From contig CAVZIK010000006.1 of the NCBI GenBank assembly GCA_963775295.1, forward strand, positions 1,887,602 to 1,951,601: DNA of 64,000 nt, given 5' to 3'. Positions within the stretch are counted from its first letter, which is position 1. Each line of letters begins with the position of its first letter. Positions 9,308-18,900 of the stretch are shown piece by piece. This DNA is from an uncultured Actinomycetes bacterium (GTDB lineage: Bacteria; Actinomycetota; Thermoleophilia; RBG-16-64-13). The notes under the pieces were generated by a model. That model had not been told where the DNA came from and did no database searches. It was given only the letters and a program-made list of their open reading frames with translations. The position numbers were made by a program, and so were the translations under genes.

Positions 9308-11431
9308 ATGTCACCGCTTGTGAGCAGTTATCTCGGCATCCCTGGCTACGTGTTGTTCTGGGTTCTTTTCGCGGTGGCAATGGGACTCTTCATTCAGAGG
9401 GTCGTTCTTCTGATCCGTCTCCTCAGACTTGGTAGACCGGAGAAACGCTTCGATCACTTGCGCCAACGCGTTGGCGGCATGCTGGCGATACCCTTCTCAC
9501 AGACAAGCAACTTGAGGCACGTGTCTGTGCGGGACTTGGCCCCGCTGGGACACGCTTTGATGTTCTGGGGGCTGGGCATCTTCGCTCTCGGATATGTCGT
9601 GTTCCTCGGCCTGGGAGCCGGTCTCGGCCTATTCCCGATCATGAGCGGCAGCGCCTTTGAGAGGATCTTCTTCTCGATTATGGAGATCGTGGGGATATTC
9701 ATCCTCCTCGCGATCATCGGGGTCATCATAAAGCGGTACGTAGTCAGACCAGCCCGGCTGGAGAGGAAAGAGACCACGAGCGAGAAGGTGATTCAACCCA
9801 TACTTCTCGGGGTCATCATGGCCGTAGTGGTGCTGCACTATCTTCTTGAGGGCTTCGGCTATGCCGCGGGTGGCATCCAGCATGCCTGGCCACCGATCGG
9901 CATGGCTATTGCCGACTCCCTCAGGCACGCTGGCATTGCTTCACACAGCCTGACGACTGTATTCAAGAGCCTCTGGTGGCTCAATTGGCTGATACTGCTC
10001 AGCGCAATCGTCTACACACCCCGCTCCAAACACCTCCACCCTCTCTTTATCTTCCCAAACATGGCCTTCAGGAATCTGGCCTCCAAAGGGACCCTGCGGC
10101 TGGTGGATCTGAACGACACCACCACGATCAGAAGGGCGGAGACCCGGGATCTCACTTGGAAACAACTGCTGGACTCCTTCGCGTGCACGTGGTGCGGCCG
10201 CTGCCATATCGCGTGCCCGGCCCAGGCCAGCGGCAAGCCACTCTCCCCAAGGGAGTTGGTCTTAGGCACAAAAGAGCATTTGCTGAAGGTGGGCCCGCCG
10301 CTGCTCAAAACAGGGACCGCGAAAGAGCGGGCTCAAAACGAGGCATCCGGCACCGACAGCGGCGACGCTCAGCAGTCGGCGGCGCCTACGCCCTTCGTTG
10401 GAAGCGTCATCACGGAAGAGGCCGTCTGGGCCTGCACAACCTGTCGAGCCTGCCAGGAAGTCTGTCCTTCTTACAACGAGCAGATGAATACCATAGTCGA
10501 TCTCAGGCGGCATCTCCAGATGGTCACCACGACCGAGACGGCCAGAGAGACATTGAAGAATCTCAGAGTGAGGGGCCACCCTTGGCGCGGGACGACATAT
10601 GCCCGCACGGACTGGGCCGAGGGGCTTGGTGTCAAGGTAGTCGGCGAAGACGACCAGGTAGACATTCTTTACTGGGTGGGTTGCACGCAGGCCCTGGAGG
10701 ATCGCAGCCTCAAAGTCGCGCAGGCCATTGCCTTTCTCATGAAGAAGGCTGGCATCAATTTTGGGATCCTCGGTGAAGAGGAGATGTGTTGCGGTGATCC
10801 CGCACGCCGTCTGGGGGCGGAACACATCTTCCAGATGATGGCCGTAAACAATATCCAGCTTCTCAACAGCTATAACGTCAAGAAGATCGTGACGGCTTGT
10901 CCTCATTGCTACAACACCTTGAAGAACGAGTATCCCGAGTTCGGAGGTCACTTCGAAGTCGTCCATCACACCGAGATGCTTGCCGGCCTGGTGCGAGACG
11001 GCAGGCTGGCAATGGGGGATGCCGTCAAAGAGACCGTCACCTATCAGGATCCTTGTTATCTCGGCCGCTACAACGACCTGTATCAGCCGGCCCGGCAGTT
11101 GTTGCAACATATGCCCGGGAAGACCTTGGTGGAAATGGAGAAGAACCGGGCGGACGCCTTCTGCTGCGGAGGCGGGGGGGGGCGGATGTGGCTTGAGGAA
11201 AGTGCGGGCACCAGGATCAACGCGCTCCGCCTGACTCAAGCGATGAGCACCGGGGCAAACGTGGTGGCCACCGCCTGCCCCTACTGTCTGCAGATGCTCG
11301 AAGACGCCGCCAGGGGCGAGGACGCAGGCGAATCGGTGGCCGTCAAAGATGTTGCGGAGATACTCGCTGACGCTGTGCTGGTCAGTCCGACGCTCCAATC
11401 CAATCCAGGGCTGGGAGGTGAACTAACCTGA
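9308..11431 (+). CDS. Membrane-anchored Fe-S oxidoreductase. An N-terminal ~6-TM domain is fused to a 2x[4Fe-4S] ferredoxin domain and two CCG domains (HdrD/DsrK/GlpC-like).
   Basis: Hydrophobic N-terminal ~250 aa. Two CxxCxxCxxxCP motifs (CTWCGRCHIACP; CTTCRACQEVCP). CCG motifs (CCGDPA…, CCGGGGGRMW). Confidence 0.8.
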   Translation: MSPLVSSYLGIPGYVLFWVLFAVAMGLFIQRVVLLIRLLRLGRPEKRFDHLRQRVGGMLAIPFSQTSNLRHVSVRDLAPLGHALMFWGLGIFALGYVVFLGLGAGLGLFPIMSGSAFERIFFSIMEIVGIFILLAIIGVIIKRYVVRPARLERKETTSEKVIQPILLGVIMAVVVLHYLLEGFGYAAGGIQHAWPPIGMAIADSLRHAGIASHSLTTVFKSLWWLNWLILLSAIVYTPRSKHLHPLFIFPNMAFRNLASKGTLRLVDLNDTTTIRRAETRDLTWKQLLDSFACTWCGRCHIACPAQASGKPLSPRELVLGTKEHLLKVGPPLLKTGTAKERAQNEASGTDSGDAQQSAAPTPFVGSVITEEAVWACTTCRACQEVCPSYNEQMNTIVDLRRHLQMVTTTETARETLKNLRVRGHPWRGTTYARTDWAEGLGVKVVGEDDQVDILYWVGCTQALEDRSLKVAQAIAFLMKKAGINFGILGEEEMCCGDPARRLGAEHIFQMMAVNNIQLLNSYNVKKIVTACPHCYNTLKNEYPEFGGHFEVVHHTEMLAGLVRDGRLAMGDAVKETVTYQDPCYLGRYNDLYQPARQLLQHMPGKTLVEMEKNRADAFCCGGGGGRMWLEESAGTRINALRLTQAMSTGANVVATACPYCLQMLEDAARGEDAGESVAVKDVAEILADAVLVSPTLQSNPGLGGELT

Positions 11432-11528
11432 GCCGCCGTTCACTCCGGGTGGGAGCGTCCGCCAAGAGGAGCTTTGGTCAACATTGAAAGGAGGGATATA
11501 GGTCATCTTCCTGAGTGCAGAGGCTGGT

Positions 11529-12719
11529 GTGGTAACAGATGGCGAAGAAATGGTCTTACAACATGAAGCGATGGGGGGCTTGACCGTGAAAAAGCTGCTA
11601 TTTGCATTACTTGCGCTGGTGATGATCGGTGGTCTAATGATGGCTGGTTGTGGGGGGACGGCAACAACGGCCACGACTTCGGCGGTAACTACGTCCGCCC
11701 CTACGGCAGTATCAACGGCTGATACTTCCACAGCATCGACCGACAGTACAACGGCAACAACCGTGGCCATGGCCGCCAAACCCGACTTCTATTTGAGATG
11801 GGCGCAGTTTGCGACGGCCGTTCTGCCGGATAGCCAACCTCAGATCAAGATGGCCGAGAACGTTTTTAACCGCACCAACGGACGGTGCAAGATCGAGCTG
11901 TTCTGGAGCGATTCCCTGGTTCCCATGTTTGACTCCATGGATGCCGTGAGACAGGGTTCCGCGGAGATGGCCACCTTCCCCTTCGGCCCCTTTGGCGGTC
12001 TCGACCCCAGGTTTACATCTTCGGAAATGCCTCTCTTCTACAACACGATAGAAGCCATGGTCGAAGCGCAGTCAGCCCTGATGCCGGCCTACAGCAGCGT
12101 GTTCGAAGAGAAGTTCAATCAGAAATGTATCCAGGTCAGGTCCATCAACCCACTCGGAATCGGGTCAGCGAAGAAGCCCGTCAAGACCCTCGCTGACTGG
12201 AAGGGTCTCCTGACCCAGACAATCTCTCCCGCGATGGGCCCGTTGGTACAGAAGCTGGGTGGGGTTGGCGCACCCGCCTCCCCCCTCGACGTATATGAGT
12301 TGCTCCAAAAAGGCACGGTGGATGCAACGGTCCAGTCGCTCGGCAAGTTCGTAGAGGCTAAGCTCTGGGAGGTCTGTAAGTATTACACCGACTGCATGTT
12401 CATCTCCGCCTCAGCGGCAACGACTGTGAACTTGGATGTATGGAACAAGATGCCTAAGGATATTCAGGACATCATCCAGGAAGAGGCAAAAATTGCCCAG
12501 GATGAGATCCAGCGTCTCACCGTAGAGACATTCTACTCGTATACCAAGGAACTCGAAGCAAACATGGAGGTCTACCACCTACCGGCGGCAGAACGCGCGG
12601 TATGGCAGGCCCAGCTCAAACCGCTTGTTGACGGCATGATGGCCGCAATGGGAGATTTCGCGGCGACTGTGCAAAAGACGGCTGACGACGCCAACGCAAA
12701 GTATCCGTATCCTTACTAG
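11529..12719 (+). CDS. dctP: TRAP transporter substrate-binding protein (DctP family), a lipoprotein
   Basis: Signal peptide plus lipobox (…LMMAGCGG) and the DctP-like fold signature. It is followed by dctQ and dctM. The start codon is ambiguous between GTG 11529 and ATG 11571. Confidence 0.75.
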   Translation: MVTDGEEMVLQHEAMGGLTVKKLLFALLALVMIGGLMMAGCGGTATTATTSAVTTSAPTAVSTADTSTASTDSTTATTVAMAAKPDFYLRWAQFATAVLPDSQPQIKMAENVFNRTNGRCKIELFWSDSLVPMFDSMDAVRQGSAEMATFPFGPFGGLDPRFTSSEMPLFYNTIEAMVEAQSALMPAYSSVFEEKFNQKCIQVRSINPLGIGSAKKPVKTLADWKGLLTQTISPAMGPLVQKLGGVGAPASPLDVYELLQKGTVDATVQSLGKFVEAKLWEVCKYYTDCMFISASAATTVNLDVWNKMPKDIQDIIQEEAKIAQDEIQRLTVETFYSYTKELEANMEVYHLPAAERAVWQAQLKPLVDGMMAAMGDFAATVQKTADDANAKYPYPY

Positions 12720-12783
12720 CAAGAGGCGCTTAAGAGGCACCGTATTAGCATAGGTTAACCAACACGTAAGTGTAGTAGCCGAG

Positions 12784-12828
12784 CGCCAATAGGAAAGGAG
12801 GTAGTAGAAATACCTCCTTCCTATTGGC
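12784..12828 (+). other. Perfect intercistronic stem-loop (19-bp stem, 7-nt loop) between dctP and dctQ
   Basis: GCCAATAGGAAAGGAGGTA-gtagaaa-TACCTCCTTCCTATTGGC is perfectly complementary. It is AT-richer than its surroundings and no U-tract follows it. Confidence 0.55.
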
Positions 12829-12869
12829 GGAAGAGATGTATAAGCTGGACGAGAGAAACGGTTGCTGTC

Positions 12870-13424
12870 ATGAAGATAGGTAGGTTTCTTGATAAGACAA
12901 TTGACATATTGAGCAGAGGCGCTCTGCTCATCGGTGGATTGCTACTCATGGCCATGGCCATCGCCGTCACTTACGGCGTGTTAGCGCGTTACGCGTTTCA
13001 TCGTCCGTCGATCTACGCCATGGATCTCACAAAGATTCTGATGATACCAGCGCTAGTGCTGTCCGTCTCTTATGTGCAAAAGTACAAACGGCACCTTCAA
13101 GTGGACTTCATCTCGTCACGTTTGCCCGAGAAGGTTCGGCTCGTAGTGCTTGATTTGATCGTGCCGCTCTTCGCCCTTTTTGTCGGGTTCATTCTGGTAT
13201 GGAAGGGATGGGAAGCCATGGCCTACTCCTTCTCTATTCACGAAACAAGCTTTTCGACATGGGCTGAACCGTTGTGGCCGGTGAAGCTGTCCATTCCCAT
13301 AGGCTATGGGCTTTTGTGCATCGTAATAGTGGGGCAACTCGTACAAGTCGTCGCTCAATTGTTCGGTTACAGGAGGATTTCGCCGGGAGGTTCTGAAGTG
13401 ACGGTAGAGAGCGAGCGGGTGTAG
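12870..13424 (+). CDS. dctQ: TRAP transporter small permease (DctQ)
   Basis: A 184-aa, 4-TM protein positioned between the SBP and large permease genes. Confidence 0.8.
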   Translation: MKIGRFLDKTIDILSRGALLIGGLLLMAMAIAVTYGVLARYAFHRPSIYAMDLTKILMIPALVLSVSYVQKYKRHLQVDFISSRLPEKVRLVVLDLIVPLFALFVGFILVWKGWEAMAYSFSIHETSFSTWAEPLWPVKLSIPIGYGLLCIVIVGQLVQVVAQLFGYRRISPGGSEVTVESERV

Positions 13425-13427
13425 GCG

Positions 13428-14723
13428 ATGGACTACGTACCCGGATTGATATGTCTCGGCGTCATGATCGTTATGATGCTGATGGGCGTGCCCATCGCCT
13501 TCAGCATGCTGATCCCCGCTCTCCTTGTCGGGCTGTTCACGTATGGCCCGCCGGTCATGGACCTGTTGGGGAGAACTACCTTTTCCTTCCTCTTCAGGGA
13601 CCAGCTGGCGCCCCTGCCGCTGTTCTTCCTGCTGGCCTGCATCATCGCGGAGACGGACGTAGGCGATGAGCTATTCGGGGCCGCCAGCAAGTGGCTGTCC
13701 CGGGTACCGGGCGGGCTGGTGGCCGCCAGTATCATCGGCGAGGGCGCTATGGGCGCGATAATGGGCCACAGCGGCGGCGTTATCATCACGGTGGGCAAAG
13801 TCGCGGTACCACAGTACGAGAAACATGGATACGACCGAGGGTACGCGCTGGGAGCGTTGGTCTGCGGCGGCGTTCTCGGCCCGCTGATCCCACCCAGCAC
13901 CACGATGATAGTCCTCACCCTCTTCGCGGAGGTCTCCCTAGGCAAGCTGTTCATCGGCGGCATTATTCCCGGCTTGCTCCTGGTCGTCATGCTGTCCGGA
14001 ACGGCTGTGTTCCTGGCCGTGCGGAATCCCAAGTTGGGGCCTCCCGCCGGCAGGTATACCTGGAGAGAGAAGTTCCGTTCCCTCAAGAGGCTCTGGATTG
14101 TTGGATTGATAATATTCAGCATACTCGGGGTCATCTATTTGGGAATAGCGTCAACAACTGAGGCCGCAGGCTTCGGATGTGTGGCGGCTCTGCTGGTTGC
14201 CGTGTTCGCCTATCGGTTCCGTTTTCGGCATTTACGGAGAGCGGTCTTTGAGGCTGCGCTCGTTACCGGGATGCTGATTCTGGTCATCATCGGAGCTTCC
14301 TTCTTCACCTACGTCGTAGGCAGCGGCGGACTGGGTAAGTCGATAGCTTCGCTCGTAGTCAATTCTGGGATGTCACCCATAGGGTTCATCGTTCTGCTCA
14401 ACATTATGTATCTTTTCCTTGGTTGTATCATGGATACAATGACCATACTGCTGCTAACACTGCCAATATTCGTGCCTGTAGTTACCGCGTTAGGTTTTGA
14501 CATGGTATGGTTTGGTGTAATGATAGTGGTTAATATGCAAATAGGGCTTATAACACCACCGCTTGGACTAGATCTGTATATCATGCGAAACACGTTCGGG
14601 ATACCGCTGGGAGAACTTCTGCGAGGGGTAAGGCCGTTCATCATTGTCCTGCTTGTTTTCCTGGCCCTGCTGGTCGCTTTCCCGCAGATCGTCACCTGGC
14701 TTCCGAACCTGATGTCGGGTTAG
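13428..14723 (+). CDS. dctM: TRAP transporter large permease (DctM)
   Basis: A 431-aa polytopic membrane protein with DctM-like architecture, translationally coupled to dctQ. Confidence 0.9.
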   Translation: MDYVPGLICLGVMIVMMLMGVPIAFSMLIPALLVGLFTYGPPVMDLLGRTTFSFLFRDQLAPLPLFFLLACIIAETDVGDELFGAASKWLSRVPGGLVAASIIGEGAMGAIMGHSGGVIITVGKVAVPQYEKHGYDRGYALGALVCGGVLGPLIPPSTTMIVLTLFAEVSLGKLFIGGIIPGLLLVVMLSGTAVFLAVRNPKLGPPAGRYTWREKFRSLKRLWIVGLIIFSILGVIYLGIASTTEAAGFGCVAALLVAVFAYRFRFRHLRRAVFEAALVTGMLILVIIGASFFTYVVGSGGLGKSIASLVVNSGMSPIGFIVLLNIMYLFLGCIMDTMTILLLTLPIFVPVVTALGFDMVWFGVMIVVNMQIGLITPPLGLDLYIMRNTFGIPLGELLRGVRPFIIVLLVFLALLVAFPQIVTWLPNLMSG

Positions 14724-14895
14724 GTGGAGGCTTGGTATCTACCAAGCATTCGGTCGGCGCACAGACGGACAATTGCGCACCGGCTCCCTCTGGATTGGAA
14801 GAAGCGCCGTATCCAGGGGGAGCCGGTTGTCTGGAGCGGCCTGGGCGGGCCGGGGGCCCGCAGCGTAGGAGGCCGCTTCCGGCAGCATCACGTTC

Positions 14896-15816
14896 TCAGT
14901 CTTCGCCCCCCACCAGGAGCAGCGGCGTCACCTTCACCATGTGGATGATGCTCTCGGTCAAGCTGCCGAAGATGGTTCTATTGAGCCTGCTCTTTCCCCG
15001 GGTGGCCATGACGAGTAGCTGGGTTGGGTGGTCCTTGAGATAGTTGATGATGCTCTCAGCGGGCTCCCTCGAGGACAGGACCTCGGTCCGCACGTGGAGA
15101 CCGGAGGCCCTGATCGGCTCGGCGAGGGCCTCCAGATACGCCTTCATCTTTTCGCGTTGGGCGCCGAGATCGTCCACCACCGGCATCATGATTTCCGGGC
15201 CTTCCATCACGTGGAGCAGCACGAGTTCGCTGCCGCTCTCGGCGCCCCTCTGCTTGAGGATCTCCACGGCATGAGGAATTGCCGCTCCGGACTTCTCTGT
15301 GCCGCTGAGAGGGACCACCAGGGGCCGTTTGGGCAGCACGTCAGCCAGGACCTCCTCACGGAGCTCGATGGGCACCAGCCAGACCGGCACCTTTGAGGCG
15401 TGGACGACCTTGTTGGCCACCCCGCCGAGATCCCAGTCCTTCACCCCGGAGCTGCCGCGCGTCGACATCATAACCAAGTCGATGTTGTTCTCGTCGATGT
15501 ACTTGAGGATCTCCTCGGCGGGATAGCCCACCACGACATGTCCTCGCGCCAAAATGCACTGGGCGGTGGCGTCTCTGTCGTACTTGCTTCTGACGGCCTC
15601 AGCCCTGGCGCATAGTACCTCGGCCTTCTGCTCCATATACGCCCGGCGCATAGGCAGTTGGGCTTCCTGGTCGGGGCTGCACACGTGCAACAGATCTATG
15701 TCCACGTGCATTCTCCCGGAGACTTCTTGAGCATAATCGAAGACCACTTCGGCTAGCTCCGAGCCGTCCAGAAGAACCACCATCTTCTTGTACATGCTTG
15801 TACCTCCTCGGTGCAA
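14896..15816 (-). CDS. Universal stress protein with tandem UspA domains
   Basis: Two UspA-like halves (MYKKMVVLLDGSELAEVVFDYA…; …SELVLLHVMEGPE…ATRGKSRLNRTIFGS). Confidence 0.85.
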   Translation of the reverse strand: MHRGGTSMYKKMVVLLDGSELAEVVFDYAQEVSGRMHVDIDLLHVCSPDQEAQLPMRRAYMEQKAEVLCARAEAVRSKYDRDATAQCILARGHVVVGYPAEEILKYIDENNIDLVMMSTRGSSGVKDWDLGGVANKVVHASKVPVWLVPIELREEVLADVLPKRPLVVPLSGTEKSGAAIPHAVEILKQRGAESGSELVLLHVMEGPEIMMPVVDDLGAQREKMKAYLEALAEPIRASGLHVRTEVLSSREPAESIINYLKDHPTQLLVMATRGKSRLNRTIFGSLTESIIHMVKVTPLLLVGGED

Positions 15817-15956
15817 GGACTGTTGGAGATAACCATACCCCCGGCTCAGCGTAGTAGCAATGCGGAGAGACCCGTTCGGGTGCCCGAAGCAGCCAGCCGG
15901 GCAACCGTCCGTTGCGAGGGGTGATGACAGACGGGGTAAGCGAGACCGGGTAGAAG

Positions 15957-18900
15957 CTATCCCACCTTCTTCGGAATAGCCGTGGTCCCGGCTCCAGGCG
16001 CCCTGCGGGCGCGGCGCCGAGCCAGTACCACTTCCAGATCCAGCACCTCCTCGGCTACGATGGCCAACCCCCGTTTGTGGTTGTTCTGCAGCCTCCCCCT
16101 GACCAGGAAGTAACTCGCCCGAGCGACCACCGGCGCGATCTTGGCCAGCTTGCTCTCAAAGCAGACGCACTCGAAGAGGCCGTAGGCGTCCTCTAAGGTC
16201 AGAAACATCGTCCTTTTTCCCGAGCGCATCCAGGGATTCTGGGCCCGCTCGTAGACACCGGCCACAGATACCGGCACCTCGTCTCCCATAGCGGGGAGTT
16301 CGTAGCTCATGCGTACACCCATCGACCTCAACTCTTCCTCATAGAGCTCCAACGGGTGAGCGCTCACGGTGAGTCCCATGAGTTCGAGCTCGGAGCGGAC
16401 CTTGTCCTCGAGACTCCACTGGCGTTCCAGCCCGGCGCGGCTGGGCGGGGAAAAAAACGCCCGCAGTTGGCCGCGCCTCTGTCCGGACGACCCGGCCAGC
16501 GCCTCCAAACGATCGTGCAGAAGGGGTAGACGCCAGAGCAGTTCGGTGCGGTCGGGTTCCAGCGAGTCGAAGGCACCCACCCGGATGAGGTTCTCGGCCA
16601 CAGGGTAGTCGATGCGGGTACGGAGGTAGAAGTCCTCGAAGCTGGTGAAGGGGCCGTGGCGGCGCTCCTTCTCGATGCGGTCGAGGGAGCGCTCGCCCAT
16701 CTGCTTGAGGTAGGAGAAACCCACCCGTAGGGCCCGGCCGGCATCCGGGGCGATGCCGCAACTGGGTGCGAGGCAGGCTCCGGGCTCCACGCCGCCGCGG
16801 GCGCGGGGCGCGCGGGGGAGAAGAAGGTCGCCGGGAAGCAGCGGCGCTTCGCGCGGTGGCACGGGGGCGCCGGCCCATCTCTGCTCCGGCGCCGCTCGCA
16901 GGGCCTCGGCATAGGCCAGCTCGCCTTCCTGCTCGGCCCCCAACTCGGCCAGGTCGGACTCGGTGAGGCCCCAGTTGCGCTCGGCGTTCCAGACCTGGGC
17001 GAAGGGGTCGTAGGGGCCTGCGGCCCCACCGGTGTGTGTCGCCGTCTCATCGGCCTGCGCCTCACTACCAGGCAGGCCTCCCGCGGCTCCCGCTCCCAGC
17101 AGGCCCGGCTCACTCGAGACCTCCGGCGGCGTGTCGCCCTCCACCGTGAACCCGCGCCCCGACAGGTTGATGTCCATAGACCTCACCTCCAGACCAAAGC
17201 GGCGGGCGTCGTTCAGTACCGTCCGCGGGGTGTAGAAGCCCATGGGGTAGTTGTTCAGCACGGCGCACAGGAACTCGGCCGGGTAGTAGGCCTTGAGGTA
17301 GGCGGTGGCGTAGCTGATGACGGCGAAACACACCGAGTGGCTCTTGTTGAAGCCATAGGCGGCGAAGCCCTCCAGTTGGCGGAAGACCTCCCTGGCGGCG
17401 TTCTCCGGGACTCCCCGCTCGACGGCGCGGCTGATGAAGGTCTCGCCGATCTTGGCCATCTCCTCCCGGCTGCGGTCGCGGGTCATGGCCCGGCGAAGGG
17501 AGTCGGCGTCGGCCAGGTCGAACCCGGCCACCAGTTGCGCCACCCGCAGCACCTGCTCTTGGTAGAGGATGACGCCGTAGGTGTCGCCCAGGGCTTCGGC
17601 CATAGCGGGGTGGGGAAGGACGACAGGCTCGATGCCCCAGCGCCGGTCGATGAAGGGACCGATCATCTCGGCCTCCAGTGGACCGGGGCGGTAGAGGGCG
17701 ATGGCGGCGATGATGTCGTCGAAATCCCGCTCCTGCAGGCGGCTGGCCAGGTTGCGCTGCCCGGCGGATTCCAGTTGGAACAGCCCGATAGAACCTCCGT
17801 TGCTGATGATCTCGTACGCGGCGGGGTCGTCGGGCGGCAGCTCGTAGGGCCGGATCCGTCTCCCCGTCCGCTGCCTGATGATATGTACGCACTCCGACAC
17901 GGCGGAATGGGTCCTTAGTCCGAGGATGTCCATCTTGACCAGGCCCAGGGCGGCAACGTCGTCCTTGTTGAACTGCAGGACCACCACCCCTTTGGCCGCC
18001 CATTGGAGGGGCGCGTAAAAAGGGATCTCTCTATCGGCGATGACGAACCCCCCCAGGTGAGTTCCTAGGTGCATGGGGAACGAGTCCAACCGCTCCACCA
18101 AATCGAGGAAGCGCCCCCACCGGGACTCGTCCTGCAGCGGGGAATCCTTCAACTCGGGCCAAGCGCCGCCCAGGTACTCGCGCATGCGGGCGGCGTCGCC
18201 ATGCCGAGGGACGTGTTTGGCCAGGGCGTTGATCTCCGTGGGGGCGAACCCCAGGGCTTCGGCCACGACCCGCACCGCCGAACGCGGAGACATGGTGTTC
18301 ACGTTGGCAACCACGGCTACGTTCTCCGATCCGAAGGTCTTGTAGATGTGGTCTATCACCTCATCCCGTCGGGAAGAGCAGAAATCGACGTCGATGTCGG
18401 GCATCTCTCGACGGTTGGGATTGAGGAACCGCTCGAACAGCAGGTTGTGGCGGATGGGTTCCGACGCGGTGATGTCGAGCGCGTGACACACGATGGAGTT
18501 GCCGGCGCTGCCCCTCCCTGAGCAGGCGATCCCTTGGGTCCGCGCCCATCGGACGATGTCGTGCACCACCAAGAAATAATGGGCGAACTCCATCTGCTGG
18601 ATCATGCAGAGCTCCTTCTCCAGAAGCTCGACGGCTCGCGGCGGCACCGGCTTGTATTTGCGGGGGACGCCGCGAAAGCACCGCTTGGCGAGAAGTGAGT
18701 ACGCCGTCTCGCCGACAGGGACGTCGACCTTGGGAAAGTGGTAGGTGTCCAACTCCAAGTCGACGGTGCAGCGCTGGGCGATATGCCACGCAGCATCGAG
18801 GGGGGAAGGATCTGCTGATGCAGCCATACCCGGGTTGCGCTTCGCCGGGGCTCCAGAGCCAACGGTCACACGCGAGGTGAGTAACGTCCCGGAAAGTCCC

